Shown: positions 41,585 through 51,978, counted from the first letter of the stretch. The stretch is 64,000 nucleotides of DNA from Polyangiaceae bacterium (GCA_965222375.1 CBDCTZ010000015.1:1312001-1376000), one strand, 5' to 3'. Made by a program: numbers and translations. Notes: generated by a model not told the origin, from the sequence alone.

Positions 41585-43012
41585 ATGGCTATCGGCAACC
41601 TGGTCTCGTTTCGCCCCAGTGGCCCGCCCAGCGTGCCGCCGGACACCTGGGCATCGGCTAATCGGGCGGCCCGCAAGATTGCGCGGCCTCTGAGCCACTA
41701 CCTTCACGTCGAGGCTACCAGCGGCGTGGTGCTAATACTCGCCGCGGCCGTGGCGTTGATTTGGGCGAACAGCCCTTGGCGCGCCAGCTACGAGCACCTG
41801 TGGCACACGCCGATCGGGTTTTCTCTCGGCTCCTTCAACTTCTCGCACGCGCTGCACTTCTGGATCAACGACGTGTTGATGGTGCTCTTCTTCTTCGTGG
41901 CGGGGATGGAAATCCGTCGTGAGATCCACGAAGGCGAACTGAGCGAAGTGCGCCGCGCGGTCCTGCCCGCCGTCGCTGCAATCGGTGGCATGCTCGCGCC
42001 CGCGGGGATCTACATAGCCTTTGCGTCCGGAACTTCGGTCAGCGGTGGCTGGGGCACACCCATGGCAACGGACATCGCCTTCGCTGTGGGGATCTTTGCG
42101 CTCCTGGGCAAGCGAGTTCCCGCGGGGCTGCGCGTCTTATTGCTCGCCCTCGCCATCATCGACGATATCGGCGCGATCATCGTCATTGCGGTCTTCTTCT
42201 CGTCGGACTTCGCGGCAAGCGGGCTGTTCTTGGCGGCCGCTGGGATCGCCGCCATCTACGCCATGCAACGCTTAGGGGTGCGGCGCGCCCTGGCGTATGT
42301 GCCGCCAGCCATCGTGATCTGGGCCGGCATGTACAAGAGCGGCGTACACCCCACGATCGCAGGGGTCATCGTGGGCATGCTGACACCAGCGCGGTCGTGG
42401 TACGGCCAACGCGGCTTTGCTTCGGTGGCTCGGCGCGCCATCGACGAGTTCTCCGCCAAGGCGCGTCAGAAAGCAGCAGACCACGACTTGGTGGCGCCGC
42501 TATCGAAGATTGAAGCGGCGCAGCGCGAAGCGTTGCCGCCGGTGGCGCGACTGACAGCGCTGATGCATCCCTGGGTGGCTTTTGCCATCATGCCCATCTT
42601 CGCCTTGGCCAACGCGGGTGTGGATCTGAGCACTGTGGACGCGGGCTACCCATCTGCCAGCGTGTTGGCCTGGGGCATCGCCTTGGGGCTGTTCCTGGGC
42701 AAGCCCTTGGGCATCGTGGCGGCTTGTTGGGTCAGCGTGAAAGCGGGTCTGTGCAGCTTGCCCCGCGGCGTGGACCTGAAGGGCATCACGGTCGTGGGTC
42801 TGGCAGCTGGCATAGGCTTCACCATGTCCATCTTCATCGCCGGGCTGGCGTTCCCGGATCCCGGGCACTTGAGCATGGCCAAGCTCGCGGTCCTGATCGG
42901 ATCCGCCGCCGCAGGCATTGGCGCCTTGGTAGTAGGCCGCATGGTCCTCAAGCCCGACCCCGAATTGGCCCACGTCTGCGTGGACGAAGCCGAGCGCTCC
43001 ACGGAATACTAG
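41585..43012 (+). CDS. nhaA: Na+/H+ antiporter NhaA
   Basis: WINDVLM, PMATDIAF, LAIIDD, GIGFTMSIFI. Confidence 0.97.
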   Translation: MAIGNLVSFRPSGPPSVPPDTWASANRAARKIARPLSHYLHVEATSGVVLILAAAVALIWANSPWRASYEHLWHTPIGFSLGSFNFSHALHFWINDVLMVLFFFVAGMEIRREIHEGELSEVRRAVLPAVAAIGGMLAPAGIYIAFASGTSVSGGWGTPMATDIAFAVGIFALLGKRVPAGLRVLLLALAIIDDIGAIIVIAVFFSSDFAASGLFLAAAGIAAIYAMQRLGVRRALAYVPPAIVIWAGMYKSGVHPTIAGVIVGMLTPARSWYGQRGFASVARRAIDEFSAKARQKAADHDLVAPLSKIEAAQREALPPVARLTALMHPWVAFAIMPIFALANAGVDLSTVDAGYPSASVLAWGIALGLFLGKPLGIVAACWVSVKAGLCSLPRGVDLKGITVVGLAAGIGFTMSIFIAGLAFPDPGHLSMAKLAVLIGSAAAGIGALVVGRMVLKPDPELAHVCVDEAERSTEY

Positions 43013-43161
43013 GCCGAGCAGCGCCGCGGGGGCGCGAGTTCGGGTTCAACTTCCTTTTCGAGGAGCGATAGATCCGAACAGACCCAAACCCTCTTCCTTC
43101 CCAACCTTCCCACCTCCTGTTCACTCTCCCAACACCCCGGGGCCGAACAGTCGATTGCTAC

Positions 43162-43206
43162 AAAAAGACCAAGGCCGGACGCGCTGAGCATCCGGCCTCG
43201 AGTCTT
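43162..43206 (-). terminator. Putative intrinsic terminator
   Basis: gaggccggatgc...gcgtccggcctt stem followed by a T run on the minus strand. Confidence 0.55.
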
Positions 43207-43218
43207 GGTTCGGGAAGC

Positions 43219-43932
43219 TCAGGGAGCGGCCTGGAACTTCACCGTGCGGAACTGGCTCAGGGTCATTCGGCTGTCCTTGTCCAGAGCTGAATCGGGGGCG
43301 CCGCCCCGATCACGCCAGACGCGGGCCGTGATGTCGCAAGTCTTGTCCTTGTCGGACTCGAAGCTCTCCAGCGTCCCGGCAGGAATGGTGTAGCTGCCCG
43401 TATCCGAAGTTTCGATGTCAGACTGCAGCTTGATGCAGTCACCGTCGATCTCGATCCGGATGGAGTCGTTGCCAGCGGGGTCCCACTTGATCTCGACGGG
43501 CTCGGTCGTGCGGGAGAACTGCGCGATTGCTGGGACGGTGAACGGTGGCGGCAGTTTGCCGACGCTATTTGGAGCCGGCGAGTCGTCCGGGTCGCCGCGC
43601 TCGAGTCCAACCACGAATTCCGTGTCCGCATCGGCAGTGCCGAGCGTGGTGACGTACACGCCTTCCTCCTCGGCGTTCAGCGTCTTCGTCTCGCCGTTCG
43701 CCGTCACGGTCAACTTGTCACCATTCTCTAGAATCACGGCGGTACCGTCTGGCCCACCAACGTTGAGCTTCGCAGTCACCAGAGAACTGGTCCCGTTCTC
43801 AGACTTGACCTCGATCTTGGCGGAAATCCCCCCCGTCTTGATTTGACTGGAAGAGACGGTCTCCTCATTGCTGCAGCCCATCAGCGTTCCGACGGCTGCC
43901 AGCAAAGCAACTGAAGTGATAATTCGATTCAT
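43219..43932 (-). CDS. Hypothetical lipoprotein
   Basis: LMGC lipobox, AAAGGA RBS; sigma54-like TGGTGCGCACTTTGCG at 43972-43987. Confidence 0.8.
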   Translation of the reverse strand: MNRIITSVALLAAVGTLMGCSNEETVSSSQIKTGGISAKIEVKSENGTSSLVTAKLNVGGPDGTAVILENGDKLTVTANGETKTLNAEEEGVYVTTLGTADADTEFVVGLERGDPDDSPAPNSVGKLPPPFTVPAIAQFSRTTEPVEIKWDPAGNDSIRIEIDGDCIKLQSDIETSDTGSYTIPAGTLESFESDKDKTCDITARVWRDRGGAPDSALDKDSRMTLSQFRTVKFQAAP

Positions 43933-44131
43933 GGCGATTCCTTTCGAAGCCAAAAGCCTTACTCTGCTTTACGCAAAGTGCGCACCAGAGATCCCCGTGG
44001 GGCGATAACCTCCAGTAAGCTTTCAGTTTTTTGTGCCGCGCCGGGTCCAAAAAGCTAACTGGACCCTGGCGTGGCGATCCTACTCCCTGTGGTCTAAAGA
44101 CGACAAAACCCCGCCTGACGCGGTGCGCAAA

Positions 44132-45499
44132 TTAGACGCGAGTGCGGGCCAACAATTCAACTCGGAGATCACCATCGTCGGTGGCCAACCCCTCGAGCAA
44201 CTCGTCCGCCGGGCACTTGCCTTCTTCGACGAGCTTAGCGAGTACCGCAAGGTGGATGCGCTCGTCTTGACCCCGCTGATTCTTGCGCTGTCGGCGTTCG
44301 AGGCCACCGGAAGCGATGTCCATGACCTGCTGGGCGAGCTCGCGCACTGGTTGCTCGTTCAGGGTCGCGGCTAGGCCGTGGGTGACGAGTTCGAGACGCT
44401 GCTCCGTGGTCCAGCGCAGGCGCTCGGCCAGCACGTGAGCCTCTGAGAGGGCCTTAGAGTCGTACATGAGCCCGGCGAAGAGCGCTGGGACGGCGCAAGC
44501 CAGATCCGTGGGCAGGGAGTCGCAGGCGCGAAACTCCAACGTGCCCTTGATGCGCGCTTCTGGGAACAGCGTGTTCAGATGCAGTTTCCAGTCGCTCATG
44601 GTGGCGCGGTGACCTTGGAAGCCGTTTTTCCAGAAGCTCCGAAAGCTCTGGCCGGTGTTCGCGACGACCTCGCCATCGCGCTTGATCAGGAACATGCCTG
44701 CGTTCAAGGCCCACTCGACGTAGTCGGCATAGGTGGGTTGTTCTTTTTCGCAGAGCGAGGGCACCAGGCCGGAGCGGTCCGGGTCCATGGACAGCCACAC
44801 TTCGCCCCGCAAGCTCTTCTTGCCGCTGATCTGGCCCTCGTAGAACGGGGAGTTCGCCAGCATGGCGTTGAGCAGAGGCGCAAGGCGCAAGCCGACGACC
44901 AGCTTGCGCATGGCGTCTTCTTCGTCCGAGTAGTCCAAGTTGGCCTGCACCGTCGCCGTGCGCCGCATCATGTCCAGGGCGCGGTGGCCGCGAGTGGGCA
45001 GGTACTCGCGCATGATCTTGTAGCGCTGCTTGGGCACCCAGGGCAGCGCCTCCTGGGTTGCCAAGGGGTGAAAGCCCACGCCCAGCCAGGTCAGGTTCAT
45101 CTCGCTGGAGATCTCGCGCAGCTCCGCAAGGTGGCCGCGCTGCACGGCGCAGATTTCGTGAACGTCGTCAGCGGGCGCGCCGGATAGCTCGAGCTGTGCG
45201 CCCGGCTCCAAGGTGATGGAGGCGCGCTCTCGGGTCAGCGAGATGATCGGTCCGCCAGCTTTTTCCGCCAGCGCCTTCCAGCCGTGCGCGTCCACCAGCG
45301 CTTTGAGTACGCGCAGAACTCCGTGCTCACCATCGTAGCTCAGGGGCGCGCCGGTGGTGGCATGCACACCAAACTTCTCGACCTCCGGGCCAATCCGCCA
45401 AGCCGACTTCGGCTTTTCGGCGGCGACAAAGGGCTCTAAGAGTTGTTCGAAGTCCGTGAGCACGTCATCGGACGCGGGATCAGTACTGGGTAGCGACAT
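44132..45499 (-). CDS. gshA: Glutamate-cysteine ligase (GCS2 family)
   Basis: IG.EVEKF, TLEPGAQLELSG, MMRRTATVQANLD, ANSPF, HLNTLFPEAR. Confidence 0.93.
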   Translation of the reverse strand: MSLPSTDPASDDVLTDFEQLLEPFVAAEKPKSAWRIGPEVEKFGVHATTGAPLSYDGEHGVLRVLKALVDAHGWKALAEKAGGPIISLTRERASITLEPGAQLELSGAPADDVHEICAVQRGHLAELREISSEMNLTWLGVGFHPLATQEALPWVPKQRYKIMREYLPTRGHRALDMMRRTATVQANLDYSDEEDAMRKLVVGLRLAPLLNAMLANSPFYEGQISGKKSLRGEVWLSMDPDRSGLVPSLCEKEQPTYADYVEWALNAGMFLIKRDGEVVANTGQSFRSFWKNGFQGHRATMSDWKLHLNTLFPEARIKGTLEFRACDSLPTDLACAVPALFAGLMYDSKALSEAHVLAERLRWTTEQRLELVTHGLAATLNEQPVRELAQQVMDIASGGLERRQRKNQRGQDERIHLAVLAKLVEEGKCPADELLEGLATDDGDLRVELLARTRV

Positions 45500-45653
45500 T
45501 AGGTTCCGACGGGCTCATGCTGGCGGTTTGCAACCGTGCGCGGGGCCTCGCCATGCCCGGGGGTCCTGAAAGGTGCCCGAGTATCCTACGAATAGGGGCC
45601 CGAAGCCTAGACCGAGGGTTTACTCCAGCGCGGCAGGACGGCAATCTCCGGGC

Positions 45654-46205
45654 ATGAATAAGCGGGTAAGTCGGGGGGAAGTGCTGGTCGTCGCGGGTCT
45701 GGTGGTGGCGTCGATTTTAGCCTGCAAGAAGGACAAGAAGGAAGAAAGCGGCGGGACGAACATCCAGATCGGCAAGGGAGACAAGACCGAAGGGGTCAAC
45801 GTCGAGACCGACAAGGCCAAGATCAACATCGGCAAGGGCGAGAAAGGCGAAGGCGTCAGCGTCGAGACCGACAAGGGCAAGGTCAACATCGGCGCGACCA
45901 AGGGCAACTGCAAGCCCGGCGACACCTGCGCCTGCAAGGGGATCGGCGCCTGCCAGCAAACTTGCGCGGGCAAGGGCTGCACCTTTTCGTGCGAAGGCAT
46001 CGGGGCCTGCGAACTGAATTGCCCCGAGGGCGGCTGCAAAGCCACGAGCACGGCCATGGGTGCCACACAGCTCAGGTGCGCTGGGGGTGACTGCACCTTG
46101 GACTGCAAGAGTGCCGGCTCCTGCCAACTGCTCAACTGCGAGAGTGGCTGCAAGATCAACTGCGGCGGCGCGGGTGAGTGCACCTGCAAGTCGGGCTGCA
46201 GCTGA
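45654..46205 (+). CDS. Cys-rich lipoprotein with 19-aa internal repeats
   Basis: ILAC lipobox; NIGKG.K.EGV.VETDK repeats; C...C..G.C repeats. Confidence 0.75.
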   Translation: MNKRVSRGEVLVVAGLVVASILACKKDKKEESGGTNIQIGKGDKTEGVNVETDKAKINIGKGEKGEGVSVETDKGKVNIGATKGNCKPGDTCACKGIGACQQTCAGKGCTFSCEGIGACELNCPEGGCKATSTAMGATQLRCAGGDCTLDCKSAGSCQLLNCESGCKINCGGAGECTCKSGCS

Positions 46206-46322
46206 AGCGCAGCTTGGCGACGACCCTAGCGCGGGCGAATACTCGGGTGAGTGCACCCGCAAGTCGGGCTGCAACTGAAACGCAGCTTGGCGACGACCCT
46301 AGCGCGGGCGAATACTCGGGTG
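46171..46322. repeat. 73-bp tandem duplication spanning two convergent stop codons
   Basis: Units start at 46171 and 46244, are bounded by cgggtg (also at 46317) and differ by three transitions. Confidence 0.9.
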
Positions 46323-47198
46323 CAGGGCCCGCAATTCGCGCACGAGCTCGGCGGTATGCTCTTCGGTGGTCCCTGCACCGCCGCCGATGATGCGCGCACC
46401 AGCGGTGTCCAGCTCCAATGCGCGGGCGGCCCAGATCTCGGGTTCGGAGCCGTCGTCGGGGAAACCCCGGACGCTATCGGGCCCGCCTGCGAGTAGGACA
46501 CCGATGACCAGGTTCTCGGCTTCGGGCAAGGCTTTGACCCGAGCCAAGATCGTCAGGCCGTCGTCAATGCTACTCACCTCGAATAGGATCGCGCTGGCGC
46601 CAGCTTGCGGCAGAGCCTCCAAGAGCGAGGGCAAAGTGCCACCCACGGCGAGCTCGCCACCTTGCGAGCACTCCACGATGGCCCAAACCGGTACTTCAGC
46701 GGCTGACGCTGCAGCGACGGCGGTCATCAATTCGATGCGCGAGCCCTGTCCCCGAGCGAAAATGAAGTCCACGCCCGCTGTTTGGATCCGAGCGGCATGC
46801 TCCTCCAGCTCCTCCCGGAGGCGATCCGCGAACATAGGCGCGACCATCTCGCTACCCAGCACTCCCGCAATCGCCACCGGCCTTGTGGTTCCCTCCCGGG
46901 CTTCCTGGGCCAGCTCCACGGCCCGCGCGGTCAGCGCGGCCGAGCGATGCTGCATGCCCACTTCTGCCAAAGCGCGAGGAGTGGTGTCGGCGGTCAGGGC
47001 GCACACCACGTTGACGTCGCTTCGCACCTCGGCGCGGTAGTGATCGAGCACCGCATCCGGGCTCTTGCGAAGCAGCTCGCCCACGGCACCCGGCGAGTCC
47101 ACAGACACACCTCGGGCACGGAAGGACGCACAGGTATCCGCGTCGACAACGATGGGTCGACCGCTAGTAAGACGCGGGCGAAGCGCTTCGAGAGTCAT
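46299..47198 (-). CDS. Homocysteine S-methyltransferase-fold protein (degenerate)
   Basis: PDAVLDHY, AVELA, IAGVLG, GVDFIF, GARIIGGGAGTTEEH. Confidence 0.75.
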   Translation of the reverse strand: MTLEALRPRLTSGRPIVVDADTCASFRARGVSVDSPGAVGELLRKSPDAVLDHYRAEVRSDVNVVCALTADTTPRALAEVGMQHRSAALTARAVELAQEAREGTTRPVAIAGVLGSEMVAPMFADRLREELEEHAARIQTAGVDFIFARGQGSRIELMTAVAAASAAEVPVWAIVECSQGGELAVGGTLPSLLEALPQAGASAILFEVSSIDDGLTILARVKALPEAENLVIGVLLAGGPDSVRGFPDDGSEPEIWAARALELDTAGARIIGGGAGTTEEHTAELVRELRALHPSIRPR

Positions 47199-47226
47199 GA
47201 ATCCGTTGGGCGCTAGATCGCCGCAC

Positions 47227-49146
47227 TCACTCCCAGCCGCATTGCTGCCCTTTGTTCTGTGCATCCAACCACTCGATCAACGGCTTGTAGTAGTCGATGA
47301 TGGCCGTGGCATCCATCCGGCTCTGTCCGGTCATCGCCTTCAGGGCCTCGGGCCAGGGCTCGCTCGCCCCGAGCTTCAGCATGGCGATCATCTTCTCGCC
47401 GGCAGCCTTGTTACCGTGAATGCTGCAGGTGTGCAGAGGCCCAGTGTGCCCGGCAACTTTGCACAGCGCGCGGTGGAATTGGTACTGCAGGATGCGCGCG
47501 ATGAAGTAGCGGGTGTACGGCACGTTGGAAGGGATGTGGTACTTCGCGCCGGGGTCGAAGTCGTTCTCGCTGCGCGCGGCGGGTGGAACGATGCCCTGAT
47601 ACTTCTTGCGCAGGGCCCACCAAGCTTCGTTGTACTTGCTGGGGGGAGTCTTGCCGCTGAACACGTCCCAGCGCCATTCGTCGATCATCTTGCCGAAAGG
47701 CAGGAAAGCGATGCCCTCCAAAGCACGCTGCATCAGCACGTTCAACTCGGCCTTGGCATCCGAGGGCGCTTTGGCAATTAGACCAACCTTCGCCAAGTAT
47801 CCCGGGGTCACGCTCAGGGCCAAGGTGTCACCAATGCCCTCGTGGAAGCCGTCATTGGCGCCCGCTTGATACAGCACCGGCAAGTGCTTGTAGTAGTGGA
47901 AGTAGTAGTTGTGCCCCAGCTCGTGATGGATCGTCACCAGGTCTTCGTGGTTGACCTCGATGCACATCTTGATCCGGAGGTCGCCCTCCATGTTCACGTC
48001 CCAAGCACTCGCGTGGCACTCCACTTCGCGATCCTTGGGCTTGAGGAATAGGCTGCGCTCGTAGAAGGTCTTCGGCAACGGGTCCATGCCGAGGGAGGTG
48101 AAGAACCCTTCACCCAGCTTGACCATCTTCAGCGCGTCGTACTTCTTCGCCACGAGCTGCTTGGTCATGTCCGCCTCACCCTTGCCCGGATAAGGCTCCA
48201 TTTCCTTGTACAAGCCGCCCCACTCTTGCGCCCACATGTTGCCCAATAGGTGGGCCGGGATCGGGGCCTTTTCCGCGATCTTGTCCTTGCCGTACTTGGT
48301 GCGCAGCCGCCCCCGCGCAAAGCAGTGCAGCTTCTCGTAAAGCGGCTTCACTTCGACCCAGAGCCGATCCATCTCCTTGTGGAAGCTTTCGGCGCTCATG
48401 TCGTAGCCGCCCTTCCAAATGTCCGACACGTCCCGAAAGCCGAGCTCTCGCGCACCCTCGTTCCCTAGCGAAACCATCTCTTGGTAGAGGGGTCGCATCG
48501 GTGGACTGATGCTGCGCCACCCCTTCCAGGCCTCGAGCAGCAAATCGTAGTTCCTGCTCTTGCTCAAGAGCTTGCTCAAGTCTTGAAGAGTCAGGCACTC
48601 GCTGGTCTTGTCGACGCCGTGCCCTTTGAACTTGGGGGAGCACGTCTTGCCCTTGCCGTACATGCTCTCCAGTTGAGTCGTGATCTCTGCCAAGCGCTTG
48701 CGCTTGGTCGCGTCGCTAGGGGCTGGGATCCCCGCCGAGTACTTGAGCAGGTAGAGCATCCGTTTCGTGTCCGGCGATAGGCCTTGAACTTTCTCGAAGC
48801 GCTGCGCCTCCTTGATGCGACGGGCGGTGTACTCCAGCACCTTCTCGTGCTCGTGAGCCGCCATTTGCTCTGTGTCATGGGTGATGAAGTTGGATTTCAC
48901 CCAAGCCGCACGTTCCGCAGTGGTCCAGAGCTCCTTGAGTTCACGATTGGTTTGCGCCACGAAGGCGTCAGCACCCGCCGGCGTCGCGGGTTGCAACGGC
49001 GTGCCGTCTTCAGCGACCTCACCGGGTGGCGGAGGAGGCGGCGGGCCTTCCGCGGCGGGCGGGGAACCGCACGCGGTGGCCACGGCGGAGACACCGGCGA
49101 CGAGACTGATGGCGAGCCCAGAACGCGATAGCAAGCTGCGAGTCAT
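47227..49146 (-). CDS. M2 family metallopeptidase (ACE-like peptidyl-dipeptidase), lipoprotein
   Basis: PAHLLGNMWAQ, CHASAW, HHELGH, GANDGFHEGIG, FDPGAKYH. Confidence 0.95.
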   Translation of the reverse strand: MTRSLLSRSGLAISLVAGVSAVATACGSPPAAEGPPPPPPPGEVAEDGTPLQPATPAGADAFVAQTNRELKELWTTAERAAWVKSNFITHDTEQMAAHEHEKVLEYTARRIKEAQRFEKVQGLSPDTKRMLYLLKYSAGIPAPSDATKRKRLAEITTQLESMYGKGKTCSPKFKGHGVDKTSECLTLQDLSKLLSKSRNYDLLLEAWKGWRSISPPMRPLYQEMVSLGNEGARELGFRDVSDIWKGGYDMSAESFHKEMDRLWVEVKPLYEKLHCFARGRLRTKYGKDKIAEKAPIPAHLLGNMWAQEWGGLYKEMEPYPGKGEADMTKQLVAKKYDALKMVKLGEGFFTSLGMDPLPKTFYERSLFLKPKDREVECHASAWDVNMEGDLRIKMCIEVNHEDLVTIHHELGHNYYFHYYKHLPVLYQAGANDGFHEGIGDTLALSVTPGYLAKVGLIAKAPSDAKAELNVLMQRALEGIAFLPFGKMIDEWRWDVFSGKTPPSKYNEAWWALRKKYQGIVPPAARSENDFDPGAKYHIPSNVPYTRYFIARILQYQFHRALCKVAGHTGPLHTCSIHGNKAAGEKMIAMLKLGASEPWPEALKAMTGQSRMDATAIIDYYKPLIEWLDAQNKGQQCGWE

Positions 49147-49306
49147 GGCGGCGGGAGTAACCGCGCCCAGAAGTGAGATCAAGGGCCGGCTCGGGGGACG
49201 AGATTTGTGGCAGCGGACTCCCGGGTGCAGCGGCGAGCTTCAGGGCACCCCATGCCGGTGGGGGGACCTCGTCCAGTCTGGGGGTGCATGATACGCTGGG
49301 GCTTGC

Positions 49307-49603
49307 ATGCGCCCGCTCACGACGGATCTTTCCAAAGGGGACCATCGCCCCTATTTTCTTTGGGACGAAGACATCTCCATCGCCGAACTGCGCGCCAAGC
49401 TCAGCGGTGACGACAGGGGAGAGCGCCTCCGTCTATTGGGCAAGATGCTGCGTGAGGCGCGGGACATCGACGTGTGGCACTTCATCACGCCACAGGACGT
49501 AGCGCGTGACTTGCCCGCCCTTGGCCGAAGGCTCGGTCGAAGACGAGCGTTTTGGGAGTTTCTCATAGCCGGCTGGCGCGAGGACGGCATCATCGCGGCG
49601 TGA
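49307..49603 (+). CDS. Small protein upstream of an AbiEii-like gene (putative antitoxin)
   Basis: RPYFLWDED...LGKMLREAR..DVW...RAFWEFL. Confidence 0.75.
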   Translation: MRPLTTDLSKGDHRPYFLWDEDISIAELRAKLSGDDRGERLRLLGKMLREARDIDVWHFITPQDVARDLPALGRRLGRRRAFWEFLIAGWREDGIIAA

Positions 49604-49621
49604 GCGCCACGGCGTACGGAG

Positions 49622-50287
49622 TTGAGTTCAGAGGTGAAGAAGGAGCTTGGGCTACTGAGCCCCTTGCAGCACGACGTGCTCGGGGCGTTCTTCGAACGCG
49701 AACGCGGCTTCTTTCTCACCGGCGGGGGCGCTCTGGCCGGTTTTCATTTGCGTCACAGAACCACGACCGACCTGGATCTGTTCACGCTTGACCCCAGCGC
49801 GTTTGAGCGTGCACGACACGTGATGGCCGACATGGCTGAGTCGCTCGGGGCAGAACTGAAGATCCTACAGGATGCACCCGGCTTTCGCCGTTACAGCGTG
49901 ACACGCGGCAGCGAGACGCTGTTGGTCGACTTGGTGCTAGAGCGCGTGAAGCAACTCCACTCCGTAAAACCCGAACACAACGGAGTGCTGGTAGATCCAC
50001 CCGAAGAGATCTTGGCCAACAAGCTAAACACCGTAGTCAGTCGCGCAGAGGAGCGCGATGTGGTTGACATCATGCTACTCGAACGTGCCGGCTATCGAGT
50101 GGAAGACGCCCTGCCCGCCGCGCTCGACAAGGACGGCGGCTGCACGCCAGCGACGCTCGCGTGGTTGCTTTCGCAAATCGAAATCCCGGCTGGCGCCTCC
50201 TTGCCCGCGAACGTGAAGGCCGAAGAGCTCCAAGCCTACATCGCCGAACTGGTGCGCCGACTGCGCCTCGCCGCAGCGCCCGACTAG
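49622..50287 (+). CDS. AbiEii/AbiGii-type nucleotidyltransferase
   Basis: FFLTGGGAL...HRTTTDLDLF, ILANKL...R.E.RD..D. Confidence 0.88.
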   Translation: MSSEVKKELGLLSPLQHDVLGAFFERERGFFLTGGGALAGFHLRHRTTTDLDLFTLDPSAFERARHVMADMAESLGAELKILQDAPGFRRYSVTRGSETLLVDLVLERVKQLHSVKPEHNGVLVDPPEEILANKLNTVVSRAEERDVVDIMLLERAGYRVEDALPAALDKDGGCTPATLAWLLSQIEIPAGASLPANVKAEELQAYIAELVRRLRLAAAPD

Positions 50288-50597
50288 TGGGGCCTCTACA
50301 CCTGGGATACCTCGCTTCACCAAGGAGATACAAACCTCCCCAGCCCCACCCAACCAACAAGGGGTAGCTGATTCCTAGAGCCAGTAGCGGGCGCCCAGGC
50401 CGACGGTGATGCCTACGCCGATCTTTAGAGCGTAGACGGGCGCCCGGACTGGGCTTGATGCCTGTGCATTTGGCCCACAAAGCATCGAGTTCGGGATGTA
50501 TCAGACCTATCCGAACGGCAAACCCGCGGCCCGGGCTGGAGGCCGAGGAGGCAGCGGCCCGGTTCGAATTTTGCGGATCCTTCGCTAGACTCGGACC

Positions 50598-51914
50598 GTG
50601 GTGGACGATGTAGAAACGGAGCTGCTGAAAGGCGTCGCGCAGAACGCAGCTGCAAGCGCTCAGGGTTCAGGTCACGGCGTCATCTATCGCGGAACCGGAT
50701 CACAGCTCGTAGAGTTCGAGCAAGACACCGCCGTCGTCTTGGGACGTACTGACCCGGCGGACATACAAGTCGACGACAAGAGCCTGTCGCGACGTCATGC
50801 TCGGCTCCTTCCGAGTGAGGAAGGGCTGTGGGTGGAAGACCTGGGCTCGACGAACGGCACCTTCATCGACGGAGCACGAGTCGACCGCCAGTTGCTCACT
50901 GCAGACGGTGAAGTGCGATTCGGTAACGTGATCATGAGCGTCCACCTGCCCCGCATCGTGAGTCCGCCGCCGGACGATGTGGTGGTGCAGGACCCAGCGA
51001 TGCGACAACTCTACGAGTTGTGCGAGCGCGTGGCGCAGTCAAACGCTCCGGTGCTCGTCTACGGCGAGACGGGTACCGGCAAGGATGTCCTTGCGCGTCG
51101 CATCCACCAAATGAGCCAGCGCGCCAAGGCGCCGCTGCGAACCGTCAACTGCTCCGCGATTCCGGAGGCGCTATCGGAGAGCGTGTTGTTTGGGCACAGC
51201 AAGGGCGCGTTCACTGGTGCCGAACGACGTACCGAGGGCGTGTTCCAGCAAGCCGATGGCGGAACCATCTTCCTCGACGAGGTTGCCGAACTCAGCCCGG
51301 GCGCGCAGGCCGCACTTCTGCGTGTGCTGGAGAACGGGGAGGTGCAGCCGGTTGGCAGCGAGCGACCTGTCCGCGTCGACACCCGAGTCATTTCGGCAAC
51401 GCACGAGAATCTGGGAGACTGTTGCCAGCGCGGCGCGTTTCGATCGGACCTGCTGTTTCGGCTGAACGTGGTCTCGCTGGAGGTACCCCCACTGCGTGAG
51501 CGGGTGAACGAAATCGGGCCTCTCGCCAAGCTCTTCCTGCAGAAGCAGGCCCAGCGCGACGACATGCCACAGCGCCAGTTGACCGATGACGCCTTGACAG
51601 CACTCAAGCGGTACCATTGGCCCGGCAACGTTCGTGAACTACGCAACGCGGTGGAGCATGCTGCGCTGGTGGCTCGGGGAGCGACGATTGGCAGTGGGGA
51701 TCTCCCAAAGTCCTTCGCTAGTCGACCTGCGCAGTCGTTTTCGCCCAGCGCTGCCACGTTCAAACAGCGCATCCGACAATACGAGACGCGCCTCATCATC
51801 GAGGCACTGGAGGCGGCACAGTGGCAGCGAGCTCGAGCCGCCGAGCTGCTCAAGATTCCGCTGCGTACGCTGAATCACAAGATTTCGTCCTACGAGATCG
51901 ACAAGCAGCACTGA
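50598..51914 (+). CDS. FHA-domain sigma54-dependent activator (bEBP)
   Basis: GR...SRRHA...DLGSTNGT; GETGTGKD, GAFTGA, FLDEV, WPGNVREL; C-terminal HTH. Confidence 0.95.
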   Translation: MVDDVETELLKGVAQNAAASAQGSGHGVIYRGTGSQLVEFEQDTAVVLGRTDPADIQVDDKSLSRRHARLLPSEEGLWVEDLGSTNGTFIDGARVDRQLLTADGEVRFGNVIMSVHLPRIVSPPPDDVVVQDPAMRQLYELCERVAQSNAPVLVYGETGTGKDVLARRIHQMSQRAKAPLRTVNCSAIPEALSESVLFGHSKGAFTGAERRTEGVFQQADGGTIFLDEVAELSPGAQAALLRVLENGEVQPVGSERPVRVDTRVISATHENLGDCCQRGAFRSDLLFRLNVVSLEVPPLRERVNEIGPLAKLFLQKQAQRDDMPQRQLTDDALTALKRYHWPGNVRELRNAVEHAALVARGATIGSGDLPKSFASRPAQSFSPSAATFKQRIRQYETRLIIEALEAAQWQRARAAELLKIPLRTLNHKISSYEIDKQH

Positions 51915-51978
51915 ACGAGCAACGCTGAACAGGCGGCCGCTTGCCAGAGGCAACGGGGATAGGTCAAATTGACAAGCT

